64,000 nt of DNA from a virus, in the IMG/VR virus record IMGVR_UViG_3300030102_005172, positions 54,053 through 118,052 of that record. One strand, given 5' to 3'. The notes under the pieces are model-generated. The model had not been told where the DNA came from, did not search any database, and saw nothing but the letters and a program-made list of their open reading frames with translations. Shown piece by piece: positions 9,590 through 19,128 of the stretch (position 1 is the first letter of the stretch; every line of letters starts with the position of its first letter). Made by a program: the position numbers and the translations under genes.

Positions 9590-11671
9590 TTATTTTACAT
9601 TCAAAGCTGACTTTACTTTTCCTAATGGAAGTTCTTGTGTGCCTTCAAAGTTGTAACTATATCTACCAGATGAATTTGTTCCCATTCTAAATTGTGAATA
9701 CTTCATATCACCTGTTGTTTCATTTATACCTGTTAATCCATACCCCGTCATTGCGAAATACTTACCATCTTTTGCATTTGTTCTTAAAAAGAATACAATT
9801 GTGTCTGATAAGTCTTTTGATAGCTTATCTTCTACAAATTTTGATGAACCAGGGAATTGTTTATATGTAGTTCCCTTTCCATCTTTATCTACACCAAAGA
9901 CCTTATATAAAGGTAATGTTGTTTTACCATATATCATTTCTTTTTCTATCTCTATTAGTTGTGAGTATAACTTTTTTGCGTCTCCAGATAAATCACCCAA
10001 AATATTTTTAAGAACTATTGCTGATTGAAAGTTTGTCAATAACTTAGCAACAGTATCTTTTGTTACAGGTGCGGTTAAAGAAAGTTTTTCATATCCGTTA
10101 TAGTAAAATGCTGGATTTGATATAGCTGCGGTTGACAATGCTTTCAGTTTAATATCTACATTACTTACTAATTTATCTAATACTTTTTGATTTGTTGCAA
10201 TTTGTTCAAAAGAATCATATATAGATGGTTTTTTAGCTTCATTTAAAATACCTTCATGTAATCCTGCTCTTAACAATTCTTTTTCTAATTTTTTAACTTC
10301 AGATTTTGGTGATTTTTTTAATCCTTTGAATATCTTTTTTGAGAATCCAAATAAGAATTTTCCTAATTGAGAAATTTTTTGTAATAAATTAGAACCAATA
10401 CTTTTTATGAAAGCAACACCCTTATTTAAAAAGTCTCGTAATCCCTCATTCAATTGAACTGACTCTAATGCCAACTTCTTAACATCTTCAGTACCCAATA
10501 AATTATACTTATCTTTTAAGAATCCGTATATTTTACCTAATTGAGCTCCACCTTCTGCTTTTTTAAGTGATACTTGTATAAACTTAATACTTGTACCAGT
10601 TATTGTACAAACACCCTTTTTATCATATTCAACAGGTAAACCTTCGCTTAACTTAGATATAAGTTCAGACGCTGGGACATTAGATATGACACAATCGGCA
10701 GTATTATCTTTTACACCATCTACTAATTCAGAACGCTCAGTAGCTTGATAGTATGATTTAATACTTTTGTGACATATATATGCACCTTTAAATTTCATAT
10801 CATCTGTAAACTTGGTCATACCTGCCATTAATTGTGCTATCAAGAAATAATCCCCAAGTGGCATTGTATCTAATTTAGATAAAATTTCATTAGGTTTTGC
10901 ATAGTCACCACTCATTCCTAATGCTTTTACAAATTTCTGTTTTACATCGTTAGTAACTTTTGGTAAAGTTTCTTCGGTAGCTGAATTTAATTGTTTAAGT
11001 ATACTGAAACCATTTACATATGTTCCCATACATTGTGCGGTTTCCATCGTTTCTGTATCGAAGTTTACATCGGTTGGTTTAGAACCTTTTCTCATTTTAC
11101 CGAATAAAGATTGAATGTTTCCATTACTAGCGGTAATTATATAATTTTTACCAGTATCTTCGGCAGATACATATACAGTTTGACCATTATTTATTTTTAC
11201 TTGAACACCATCTTCAGTAGGTCCTATTTTAGTAAAAGGTCCTTTAGGTACTTTTTCACCCTTTGGTAATCCTAATTTCAATAAGTCTGCGGTATTTTTA
11301 AGTGGTATGAATTTATCACCTATTGCATATTTGTTATCGTATATTGAAGCTTCACTAAGAAGTTGTCCTAATTCAATTAGTATATTTTCTTTTACTTCTT
11401 CTTTTTTCTTTAACTCATCCTTCTCAATTTGAGTTAACATTCCAAACTTATCAATTTCTTTTTCGTTTTCTGAATCTTCTTCTTCGGTTTCTTTTTCTTT
11501 TTGAAATTCTTGGATTAGGATATCTGCATTCTTTTCACCAACCTCATCAATTAAGTGATAATAGAATGATTTTAAGAATTCTTCAGTATAGATACCTTCA
11601 GTAAGTTTAAGGTCTATATCAGACCAAACTTTCCTTAATATTCTATCTACTATGTTTTGGGATTTATTCAT
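9590..11671 (-). CDS. hypothetical protein, possibly a protease-processed internal head protein
   Basis: 693 aa; late-type motif 3 nt before the ATG; LxE sites (LLSEA, QLNEG, ILNEA). Confidence 0.65.
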   Translation of the reverse strand: MNKSQNIVDRILRKVWSDIDLKLTEGIYTEEFLKSFYYHLIDEVGEKNADILIQEFQKEKETEEEDSENEKEIDKFGMLTQIEKDELKKKEEVKENILIELGQLLSEASIYDNKYAIGDKFIPLKNTADLLKLGLPKGEKVPKGPFTKIGPTEDGVQVKINNGQTVYVSAEDTGKNYIITASNGNIQSLFGKMRKGSKPTDVNFDTETMETAQCMGTYVNGFSILKQLNSATEETLPKVTNDVKQKFVKALGMSGDYAKPNEILSKLDTMPLGDYFLIAQLMAGMTKFTDDMKFKGAYICHKSIKSYYQATERSELVDGVKDNTADCVISNVPASELISKLSEGLPVEYDKKGVCTITGTSIKFIQVSLKKAEGGAQLGKIYGFLKDKYNLLGTEDVKKLALESVQLNEGLRDFLNKGVAFIKSIGSNLLQKISQLGKFLFGFSKKIFKGLKKSPKSEVKKLEKELLRAGLHEGILNEAKKPSIYDSFEQIATNQKVLDKLVSNVDIKLKALSTAAISNPAFYYNGYEKLSLTAPVTKDTVAKLLTNFQSAIVLKNILGDLSGDAKKLYSQLIEIEKEMIYGKTTLPLYKVFGVDKDGKGTTYKQFPGSSKFVEDKLSKDLSDTIVFFLRTNAKDGKYFAMTGYGLTGINETTGDMKYSQFRMGTNSSGRYSYNFEGTQELPLGKVKSALNVK

Positions 11672-11683
11672 AACTATAAATAT

Positions 11684-12907
11684 CTAAATATTGGTCTTAA
11701 CCATATTATCGTAATCTTTTCCAATCTCTAATTGTGTAGGGAATCCATCTTTTTCCATTATCTTCTTTACTTCCCTAATATATTTGTCTTCACCTTCATC
11801 TACATCAAATAGAATCGAGTCATATGTGTATAGTATAGGTATTGACTTTTGATTCAAACCTATTTTAGACAATTTGTCTAATATAAGTATGTTTCTTTCT
11901 GTTTCAAGCGCTTGTAAAACATAATTAAATAATTTATTTTTATTCAGACTATCATCAAATTTAATTTTTCTTTGTAAAATAGGTGTAACCACTTCACGAT
12001 TTCGTAAAAAATCTAACCATAGTGAGTTTATGTAATCTGATGTTTTTTTGAAAAATGGTATGTGATAGTATTCATCTTCCACCCCACCATATAGTTGTCT
12101 AAATGTGATTGCCTTTGCTTGACTAATATCTTTTCCATATTGATTTGCCAACCATTCATGTGCTTTCTTATCTAACGGAATATCTATGCCAATTAGTTTT
12201 GATATAAGTCGAATGTGATATCCATCGAAATCTAATTGGCACAATTTACCATTTTCGAATCTTGATATAAATCTACTACGAACACCATCATCTTTTTTAA
12301 GTGCCGCATAATTTGTTCCTTTAAATGTATTGGATGGTCTTGATGTTATTGTTAATGGATTGTAACGAGTATATTCATAACCCATCTTAGTATATAACCC
12401 ATTCTTTTCTACCCAAGCCAAACTCTTTGGATAAAGTTGTGAGAATTTAGAAATTTTTGAGTCGACAAAAAGTTTCTTCCAATCTTCGAATTGTTCGTAA
12501 TGTTTCCATATAGGAATAAGGTCATTTGCTTTAGGTGCCTGTCGTCTTCTGAAGATAGTGTATATAGGTTTCTCTTCTACATCAAAGTTCTTTGCTTGCC
12601 AGAATAAAGACATTTCTAAGTCATACATATTCGGTAAAAAGTCATAATGATACAAGAAGTCTTTCATACCTACTATATAAACTTCTTTGAAGTTATGAAA
12701 CTCTACTTTTTGGTCTATTTTAGTTGCGTCTATGTTATGATAATTGATAAATAGGTCTAATGTACCATCTGATATGATTAATGCGGATACTCGTGTATGT
12801 ATGGAGTGTTTATCTAAACTTGTGAGTATAGGATATACCATAACCCTCTCCCCTTGGAGTTGGGATATATGTTTCCTAAGTTGTTTGTTGCTATCTACAA
12901 TTTTCAT
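11684..12907 (-). CDS. compact family A DNA polymerase-like protein
   Basis: Motif A QLDFDGYHIRL, motif B AKAITFRQLYG, motif C YTYDSILFD, TITSRPSN. Confidence 0.8.
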   Translation of the reverse strand: MKIVDSNKQLRKHISQLQGERVMVYPILTSLDKHSIHTRVSALIISDGTLDLFINYHNIDATKIDQKVEFHNFKEVYIVGMKDFLYHYDFLPNMYDLEMSLFWQAKNFDVEEKPIYTIFRRRQAPKANDLIPIWKHYEQFEDWKKLFVDSKISKFSQLYPKSLAWVEKNGLYTKMGYEYTRYNPLTITSRPSNTFKGTNYAALKKDDGVRSRFISRFENGKLCQLDFDGYHIRLISKLIGIDIPLDKKAHEWLANQYGKDISQAKAITFRQLYGGVEDEYYHIPFFKKTSDYINSLWLDFLRNREVVTPILQRKIKFDDSLNKNKLFNYVLQALETERNILILDKLSKIGLNQKSIPILYTYDSILFDVDEGEDKYIREVKKIMEKDGFPTQLEIGKDYDNMVKTNI

Positions 12908-12913
12908 CCGTAA

Positions 12914-12945
12914 CTAATATACGAAATATTTATGAGTTTTCCAAA
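12914..12945 (-). promoter_or_regulatory. Bacteroidota sigmaA-type promoter (TTTG-N20-TATATTAG) for the PolA-like gene
   Basis: Coding strand TTTG GAAAACTCATAAATATTTCG TATATTAG; ATG lies 6 nt downstream. Confidence 0.7.
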
Positions 12946-13079
12946 TTTATATGGGTTTCTATTAAGTCTATGATTTGTAATCGTGACTTATCCATATTTG
13001 TCTTGTAGCATAGACTCCAAATGTCTGATACTAAATTCCTTAATTTTAAGTTTTCTTTTTTTAATTCTAAATTTGTCAT
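12930..13079 (-). CDS. small hypothetical protein (49 aa)
   Basis: Manual ORF MTNLELKKENLKLRNLVSDIWSLCY...; starts 1 nt after the upstream stop. Confidence 0.55.
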   Translation of the reverse strand: MTNLELKKENLKLRNLVSDIWSLCYKTNMDKSRLQIIDLIETHINLENS

Positions 13080-13080
13080 A

Positions 13081-13407
13081 TTAATATCCTATAAATTCTA
13101 AATCAACATCACTTACTAATCCTTTTTCAACATAGTAAGGATACTCTTCGTTTAACCAATAGTTTTGAACATTGTCTACTTCACTTATTACATCGTTGTA
13201 TAAGTCAGAAATATCATATCCATCACCATATTGAATACCACCACAAAGAACCATAAGTTCATTTAGGTTGTCCCAATTATCTTTGTTGTTTTTGATACTA
13301 AGTAATATCTCAGCTTTCATAAGGTCTGATACCTTGTCATTGTGGTCATACATTTCAGTTGACCAAGGTTTTGTAATTTTTATTCCGTATTTACTCATAT
13401 TTTTCAT
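13081..13407 (-). CDS. hypothetical protein
   Basis: 108 aa, tightly packed in a putative early operon. Confidence 0.7.
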   Translation of the reverse strand: MKNMSKYGIKITKPWSTEMYDHNDKVSDLMKAEILLSIKNNKDNWDNLNELMVLCGGIQYGDGYDISDLYNDVISEVDNVQNYWLNEEYPYYVEKGLVSDVDLEFIGY

Positions 13408-13408
13408 T

Positions 13409-13627
13409 TTATCTGTACATTGTTACAAAAGAACCGAACTTATCATCGAATACTTTGATTAGATTTTCATAATCACCACTTGTCATTTCATCCATTAGTG
13501 GTTTAAATGGAATATCAAGGTTTCTACATAATCTTTTAGCCAAACCTAAGATTGCGTAAGCATTACCATCAGGTCCTGTTAAATCGATTTCGATTCCTAC
13601 TTTTTTGTTTTCTTTTGATTTTATCAT
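13409..13627 (-). CDS. small phage protein (IDLTGPDGNAY motif)
   Basis: Start moved to the ATG at 13627 because the track start overlaps the promoter at 13646-13677. Confidence 0.7.
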   Translation of the reverse strand: MIKSKENKKVGIEIDLTGPDGNAYAILGLAKRLCRNLDIPFKPLMDEMTSGDYENLIKVFDDKFGSFVTMYR

Positions 13628-13645
13628 ATCTCTTACTTTACATAG

Positions 13646-13677
13646 TAAAGATAACAAAAAGATTTGTAATTGCCAAA
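13646..13677 (-). promoter_or_regulatory. Bacteroidota sigmaA-type promoter (TTTG-N20-TATCTTTA)
   Basis: Consensus spacing; sits at the boundary between structural and early modules. Confidence 0.65.
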
Positions 13678-13684
13678 TTTTTAA

Positions 13685-13723
13685 TGTTAAATTTATGTTA
13701 AATTTATTAACAAGTTATTAACA
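13685..13723. repeat. 11-bp-phased array TGTTAA, TGTTAA, TTAACA, TTAACA
   Basis: Hexamers start at 13685, 13696, 13707 and 13718. Confidence 0.6.
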
Positions 13724-13729
13724 ATTTTC

Positions 13730-14308
13730 TTAAATTTTTGCACCTTGTTGTAGATTGGTAAGGTATCTTTCTAATCCTTCGAATTGATTTATGTACAAAA
13801 GGATTGTTCGTTGATTAGTATCAATAATACCTTTTTCTTCAGGTGTATCATTAAGTGGGCCTGATATTTTCCATTTTAACTTAAGTTTTTGATAGTAAGG
13901 ACTGTCTAATTCATCAAACCCATCTTTATTAATCTCATTTATGATTTCACTACCTTTTCTTTTGTAAAAAAACCTTTCTGCAAACCCATTGTCATAATCT
14001 TCGTTAGTTGGTTGAAAGAAATATGGGTCAGGTATTGAAATAATAGGGTCAAAATCTTCTACTGCGTCTGTTAATACATTGTATTGGTAAGTATTTGTAA
14101 GAATTTGATTGTCTAAGTTGTAATATCTAACTAATTTTTTAGAAACATCCTTTACAAAGAGGGGTTCAGTATACACTTCGTTGGTATTAGAATAAATGTG
14201 ATACTGTCCTTCATATTCAGTACCATCTTCAAACATCCACTCACCACCACTTGTGTACAGACCTTTTTGGATTGCTCCCTCTGGATAATATATTCGTTTT
14301 CTTCCCAT
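13730..14308 (-). CDS. hypothetical protein, baseplate module
   Basis: 192 aa, translationally coupled to the upstream gene. Confidence 0.7.
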   Translation of the reverse strand: MGRKRIYYPEGAIQKGLYTSGGEWMFEDGTEYEGQYHIYSNTNEVYTEPLFVKDVSKKLVRYYNLDNQILTNTYQYNVLTDAVEDFDPIISIPDPYFFQPTNEDYDNGFAERFFYKRKGSEIINEINKDGFDELDSPYYQKLKLKWKISGPLNDTPEEKGIIDTNQRTILLYINQFEGLERYLTNLQQGAKI

Positions 14309-16038
14309 TACGCGTCAATCATCATTAAGCCACTAATTTTAGTAGTCCAGTCACCTGCACTAAAATCTTGACCAAGTTTTGTTACTATAAAATATGCATT
14401 ATCTTTTAATCTTTTAGGTAATCTATCTACCGTAAATGCGTCACCATATTTTGGACCACTATAACCATCACAAGTAAGTTCACATTCTAATCCATAACTA
14501 ATGTTTGGATTATATTGTTTATTCTGACTTTTTACATATGCTTTCAATGCTTGTTTTGCACCTGTAATATCATCTTCACTAATATTATCACCAAGATTTT
14601 CTAATGCTTTCTTCAAATCAGCAGTTGTGGTATTTTCAGGTTCCGTTCCTTCTGGGTAACAACCACCAAATACTTTATTAAGTTGTGGTGCACCTTCACC
14701 ATCCATAGCTGCGGCAGTTGCCATACTTATTAGTTCTGAATCTAAGTTAGATGTCAAACTACAATCTCTAATACCATTATTAAATCCATTTGCTAAATTA
14801 ATTGTTGTCATAGCAGTTGATTTAGCGGCAGTCCCTTTATTTAAAATTAAAAATTTACCTTTATCACCATCAACTATATCTGGGTCATTATATAAAAACA
14901 TAGTTAGATATCCACCTGACAATTCTTTTACTTTATTAAATACTTTTTTCAAAAACATTGGGGTTGATATTCTTTTGGGTGATTCTTCTTTTCCTGGTGG
15001 GTTTTGTAAATCACTCATCATTTTTTGCAATAGTGGAATAGATATGTATATGTTATCTATTGGATTACTGCTAGAGTCTTTAATATCTCTATAATCTGCA
15101 TTACTACCATAGTTACACCCCCATCCAAATATAACTTCCAAAGGATTTGCAGATTTTATATTGGAATCATTCGTTTTGTTAAGTGTAAATTTTGAATAAT
15201 CGAATTTTTTAGCACTTAAACCTTGAATACTTTTTGCGTTTTTATTAATGTAGTTAAGAAATGACCCAAGGCTAACATATGGTAGTACATTATCTGTATT
15301 ACTATCAAAAAAAGAAAAGAACCCTGAAGCTTGCATTTGGTGATTTGCTAATCCAAGTTTTACACCAGACCTATTATATTTTTTTGCTTTTCCACCAGAT
15401 GGTTGGTCTGAAATTTTAGAAGCGATACCTACAAGATTTGTTATTAGGTCTTTAGATGGTACTTCTTTACCCGATTCCTCGTCTTTTACCATTTGTGAAC
15501 CAACATCTTTTAAAGTCATGTAATCTACATCTACAACACCATCAGCGGCACCTGCCACTTTTAAACTAACATCATAACTTAAATCTTGATTTATAGTAAA
15601 ATTAAAACCTGTTATTTCACCTTTTACTGTTACACTCGAACTACCAACCCATCCGATAATTAGATTTACTCGTTGTCTTGGTGTCATAAATGTTTGGTCT
15701 ATTTGGTCAAAATCAGATTTATTGTAAACCTTTACCTTTACATCTGCTTCAAACAACATTGCGTCTGATATATCTTGTCCACCATCATTTGATATAGAAA
15801 TACTTTCTAAAATAGGTTTTGGTGTTAATCTACCACCCTCTGAACTCATTAATTCTGAGTGTTTTTTCTTTACATCACTCTCGATTGATGTTATACTTCC
15901 TGCACATCCTACTACACCACCACCAACTCTTTGAATTTTCGCATACGCTCTTTTATGTATACCTACACCTTTTATTCTGTAATCTGCTCCTTGTAATTGT
16001 GGGGTTGGTAACCCTCTACTTCCTAATGTAAATGCCAT
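14308..16038 (-). CDS. putative baseplate hub protein
   Basis: Position after the LysM gene; IGW..GEITGFNFTI and C-terminal DWTTKISG typical of hub proteins. Confidence 0.55.
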   Translation of the reverse strand: MAFTLGSRGLPTPQLQGADYRIKGVGIHKRAYAKIQRVGGGVVGCAGSITSIESDVKKKHSELMSSEGGRLTPKPILESISISNDGGQDISDAMLFEADVKVKVYNKSDFDQIDQTFMTPRQRVNLIIGWVGSSSVTVKGEITGFNFTINQDLSYDVSLKVAGAADGVVDVDYMTLKDVGSQMVKDEESGKEVPSKDLITNLVGIASKISDQPSGGKAKKYNRSGVKLGLANHQMQASGFFSFFDSNTDNVLPYVSLGSFLNYINKNAKSIQGLSAKKFDYSKFTLNKTNDSNIKSANPLEVIFGWGCNYGSNADYRDIKDSSSNPIDNIYISIPLLQKMMSDLQNPPGKEESPKRISTPMFLKKVFNKVKELSGGYLTMFLYNDPDIVDGDKGKFLILNKGTAAKSTAMTTINLANGFNNGIRDCSLTSNLDSELISMATAAAMDGEGAPQLNKVFGGCYPEGTEPENTTTADLKKALENLGDNISEDDITGAKQALKAYVKSQNKQYNPNISYGLECELTCDGYSGPKYGDAFTVDRLPKRLKDNAYFIVTKLGQDFSAGDWTTKISGLMMIDA

Positions 16039-16045
16039 AACTTAC

Positions 16046-16345
16046 CTATACATTATTTAATTCATTGTACTCATTTTGTAGTGATTCTACATCATCTGGT
16101 ATTCTTAGTTGAACTCCTACTTCTGGAAATAAAGTACCTTTTCCCATATTATTAGCTCTTGCAAGAATCCACCACAAACTTGGGTCTCTATAATACTCCC
16201 ATGCTAAGTTGTCTAATCTATCACCTTGTTTTGTTATGATGTAAATATCATTTATAGATGGATTTATGACAGGATAAACCACAGTCTCAGTAAACTTTCG
16301 TTCACCCTCTTTTTTTATTATTTGTATGTTATCGTATCTTTTCAT
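16046..16345 (-). CDS. LysM-type baseplate wedge / tail X protein
   Basis: YIITKQGDRLDNLAWEYYRDPSLWWILARAN...GVQLRIP. Confidence 0.85.
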   Translation of the reverse strand: MKRYDNIQIIKKEGERKFTETVVYPVINPSINDIYIITKQGDRLDNLAWEYYRDPSLWWILARANNMGKGTLFPEVGVQLRIPDDVESLQNEYNELNNV

Positions 16346-16347
16346 AT

Positions 16348-19128
16348 TTAAACTCTAAAACTTCCATCAAAAGAAAATACTTTTTCACTTTCATATTGAT
16401 GTAATTCATTTCCAAGGATTGTACATCCAACTGAAATATCAATTCCCATAGGTAGTCCAAAGTCAATATCCCATGTTGTCTCATCAGAATATGCGTATGA
16501 TAATGAAGTTAGTATCATTGGTGTATCTACATATAATTTTCCAATTGTTAATTGTAACTCTGATTCTGCACCACCCTTACCTGGAGCCGTATATCCATTA
16601 GAACCAACATATTTTGGCATTGTATAAGTTGATAATCTTTCTAATTTAGTATACAATGGTTGCATTTCAACTCTTGAAGTTGGATATACTTTAAAGTTAA
16701 AAGAAATATCTCTTTTAAATGAATCATATACATATACAGGTTCTGCTCTACCACTATATTTTATTTCAGTATAACTTGGTGAGAAATTTTCTGATAAACC
16801 TGATATTGTTCCTCTAAATTGTAGTCTACTACCATCTTCACCTAATTTAAAAACTAATGGAACTAAATCATCGCTAGTTTCACCAATCTTAAGTGCGTTG
16901 ATTTTATCTACATGAAGTGTAAAATCTGCCAATTTAGTGAAGTCTACATCAAACTGACCTTTTCGTACATTTCCTTGCGCATCCAACATTCTACCTGGAT
17001 TACCAAATCCAAAGTCTTTTTCAATGTTGTTTTTATCATAGTCTTGTGCGTTTTCTTTACCTCTACCACCATCTAACTTTTTTCTAAAGTCTGTTGGTAA
17101 AGGTGGATTTGCACCCTTTTGTTTTCTATCATCTGCAATTTCTGATAGTTTACCATAAGATATCATTTGATAGTCAGAGATATCAGGAATCCCTTTAACT
17201 AAACCATCTGGATTACTGGTGACAAATTTATCGTCAAGAGGAAACGAATCATCCTTTTTCTCTACTTGCTTAGCTACACCAAACTTTTTTAATTCTTCTT
17301 TCTTTTTTGGTACTGCGTTATCACCTTGAGTGTAAGTTTGGTCTTGTTTAGTTTTTAAATCAAACGAATCTTTTAAAACAAACTTTTGTTTGAATTTTAG
17401 ACCTGTACCTTTTTGTTCAAATTCGCCAGTAGTTTTACCAGGTACAAAAGTACTTACATATTTTTTTACTTGAGATACACCTATTCCGTACAGTGAGTCA
17501 ATTCCACCTCTTTTATCTTCTCTAAGAGCACTACCTATTTCGATTTTACTAAAGTCACCATATAATTTTTCTAATGTATCGTCACTTGTTAGACTAGCAA
17601 TTTTGCCTAATCCCACTTTCTGATATTTTCCATCAACATCTAATCCAAGAATACCACTTCTATCAGGTTTAAATCCTATATGTTGACCACCTATTGCTCC
17701 TAAGAAGTTCGCAGGTGTCCATGTTTTATTGTATTTGTTAGTTCTCTGTAATCCTATTTGTGTTGCGGACCATAGTAAACCTTTTACTGATAAAAAGAAT
17801 GAACCTAACCTTACTAAATCTAATACTGCTCTTTCAGTTGAAGCAACTACACCACCTCGAATCAATCCATCATCAATAGGAACTCCGAGACCCCAATTTT
17901 GTGGTTCAGTAAAACTATTTCTTTGAATACCTCTTAAAACATATGGTTGAGGTACTAAACTAAATTTATTTGCTGCAGGGTCTTGTAGATTGAACTTATT
18001 ATACATTTCATCTAAGAATGATGGTGATTGTCTTTGTTGTAGTAAATCACCAATACTTGTAAATGAATCTATATACCTATCACCATCTGGCGAATATCTT
18101 TGTGTATCACCAATTGCTGCACCCACTTTATATTGACCATATCCTGCTTGGAATGATATTCCTCTACTTGAACCACCGAAGTTACTTAGTAATGAAGATG
18201 CGTTATCAAATTGAGTATCACTTATACCTGTAAATTTAGTATCATCTTTAGTTTTCATGAATGGTGAGAATCCCTCTGCCTTATCATTTGTAAAGAAATC
18301 AACTTTTTGAGGTACTTCTAATCCTTGACTTTCTAAGTTTCCACTAAATGTAAAATCACCTGGCGTTGTCTCACCTTTAAATCTGTCACCTTGTGTTATA
18401 TTTTGTTTATCAGTTTCACCTAAGAATTGTTCTGATAAATTCATTTGATTAGGAGTCGTTTCACCTAAGAATTTAGAACTTCTATCTGATTCGGTAGGAG
18501 TTGTTTCACCTAAGAATTTAGAACTTCTATCTGATTCTTTTTGTGTTGTCTCACCCAAGAATTGTTGAGTAAACTTAAATTCATTAGGAGTAGTTTCACC
18601 CAAGAATTTTTGACTAAATTTAAAATCACCTGGTTCAGTTTCACCTTTGAACTTATCACCTTGAGTTACTTCATTAGGTTCTGTTTCACCTTTAAACTTA
18701 TCACCTTGAGTTGCCTGATTGGGTTCGGTCTCACCTTTGAACTTATCACCTTGGGTTACTTCATTAGGTTCTGTTTGTCCAAGGAATCTTTCTTCTAAAG
18801 ACATTGGTTTTGGACTTGTCTCACCTTTGAACTTATCACCTTGAGTTACTTCAGTAGGTTCTGTTTGACCTTTGAACTTATCACCTTGAGTTACCTCATT
18901 AGGGTCAGTTTGTCCTTTGAACTTATCACCTTGAACTACTTTGTTTTGATTAGTTCCAATTTTTTCAGGAGTTTGTTTTGAAAATCTAACATCGTTTTTT
19001 GTTTTTACTTTATCAGTTAATGGTACAGTATTAAACGCAGAAGGTTCTACTCTTGTTTTTACTTCAAGAGGTTCACTTTTTGGTTTTCTGTAATCACCAA
19101 GGTTTGATTTTAAATCTTTTAACGACAT
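16348..19128 (-). CDS. baseplate / tube-initiator-like protein with N-terminal peptide repeats
   Basis: C-terminal FRGTISGLSENFSPSY..YSGRAEPVYVY..FKRDISFNFKV; lies between tape measure and LysM genes. Confidence 0.6.
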   Translation of the reverse strand: MSLKDLKSNLGDYRKPKSEPLEVKTRVEPSAFNTVPLTDKVKTKNDVRFSKQTPEKIGTNQNKVVQGDKFKGQTDPNEVTQGDKFKGQTEPTEVTQGDKFKGETSPKPMSLEERFLGQTEPNEVTQGDKFKGETEPNQATQGDKFKGETEPNEVTQGDKFKGETEPGDFKFSQKFLGETTPNEFKFTQQFLGETTQKESDRSSKFLGETTPTESDRSSKFLGETTPNQMNLSEQFLGETDKQNITQGDRFKGETTPGDFTFSGNLESQGLEVPQKVDFFTNDKAEGFSPFMKTKDDTKFTGISDTQFDNASSLLSNFGGSSRGISFQAGYGQYKVGAAIGDTQRYSPDGDRYIDSFTSIGDLLQQRQSPSFLDEMYNKFNLQDPAANKFSLVPQPYVLRGIQRNSFTEPQNWGLGVPIDDGLIRGGVVASTERAVLDLVRLGSFFLSVKGLLWSATQIGLQRTNKYNKTWTPANFLGAIGGQHIGFKPDRSGILGLDVDGKYQKVGLGKIASLTSDDTLEKLYGDFSKIEIGSALREDKRGGIDSLYGIGVSQVKKYVSTFVPGKTTGEFEQKGTGLKFKQKFVLKDSFDLKTKQDQTYTQGDNAVPKKKEELKKFGVAKQVEKKDDSFPLDDKFVTSNPDGLVKGIPDISDYQMISYGKLSEIADDRKQKGANPPLPTDFRKKLDGGRGKENAQDYDKNNIEKDFGFGNPGRMLDAQGNVRKGQFDVDFTKLADFTLHVDKINALKIGETSDDLVPLVFKLGEDGSRLQFRGTISGLSENFSPSYTEIKYSGRAEPVYVYDSFKRDISFNFKVYPTSRVEMQPLYTKLERLSTYTMPKYVGSNGYTAPGKGGAESELQLTIGKLYVDTPMILTSLSYAYSDETTWDIDFGLPMGIDISVGCTILGNELHQYESEKVFSFDGSFRV
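18360..18935 (-). repeat. intragenic ~45-bp (15-aa) tandem repeat QGDKFKG(E/Q)TEPNEVT / SSKFLGETTP
   Basis: About 13 units visible in both protein and DNA. Confidence 0.85.
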
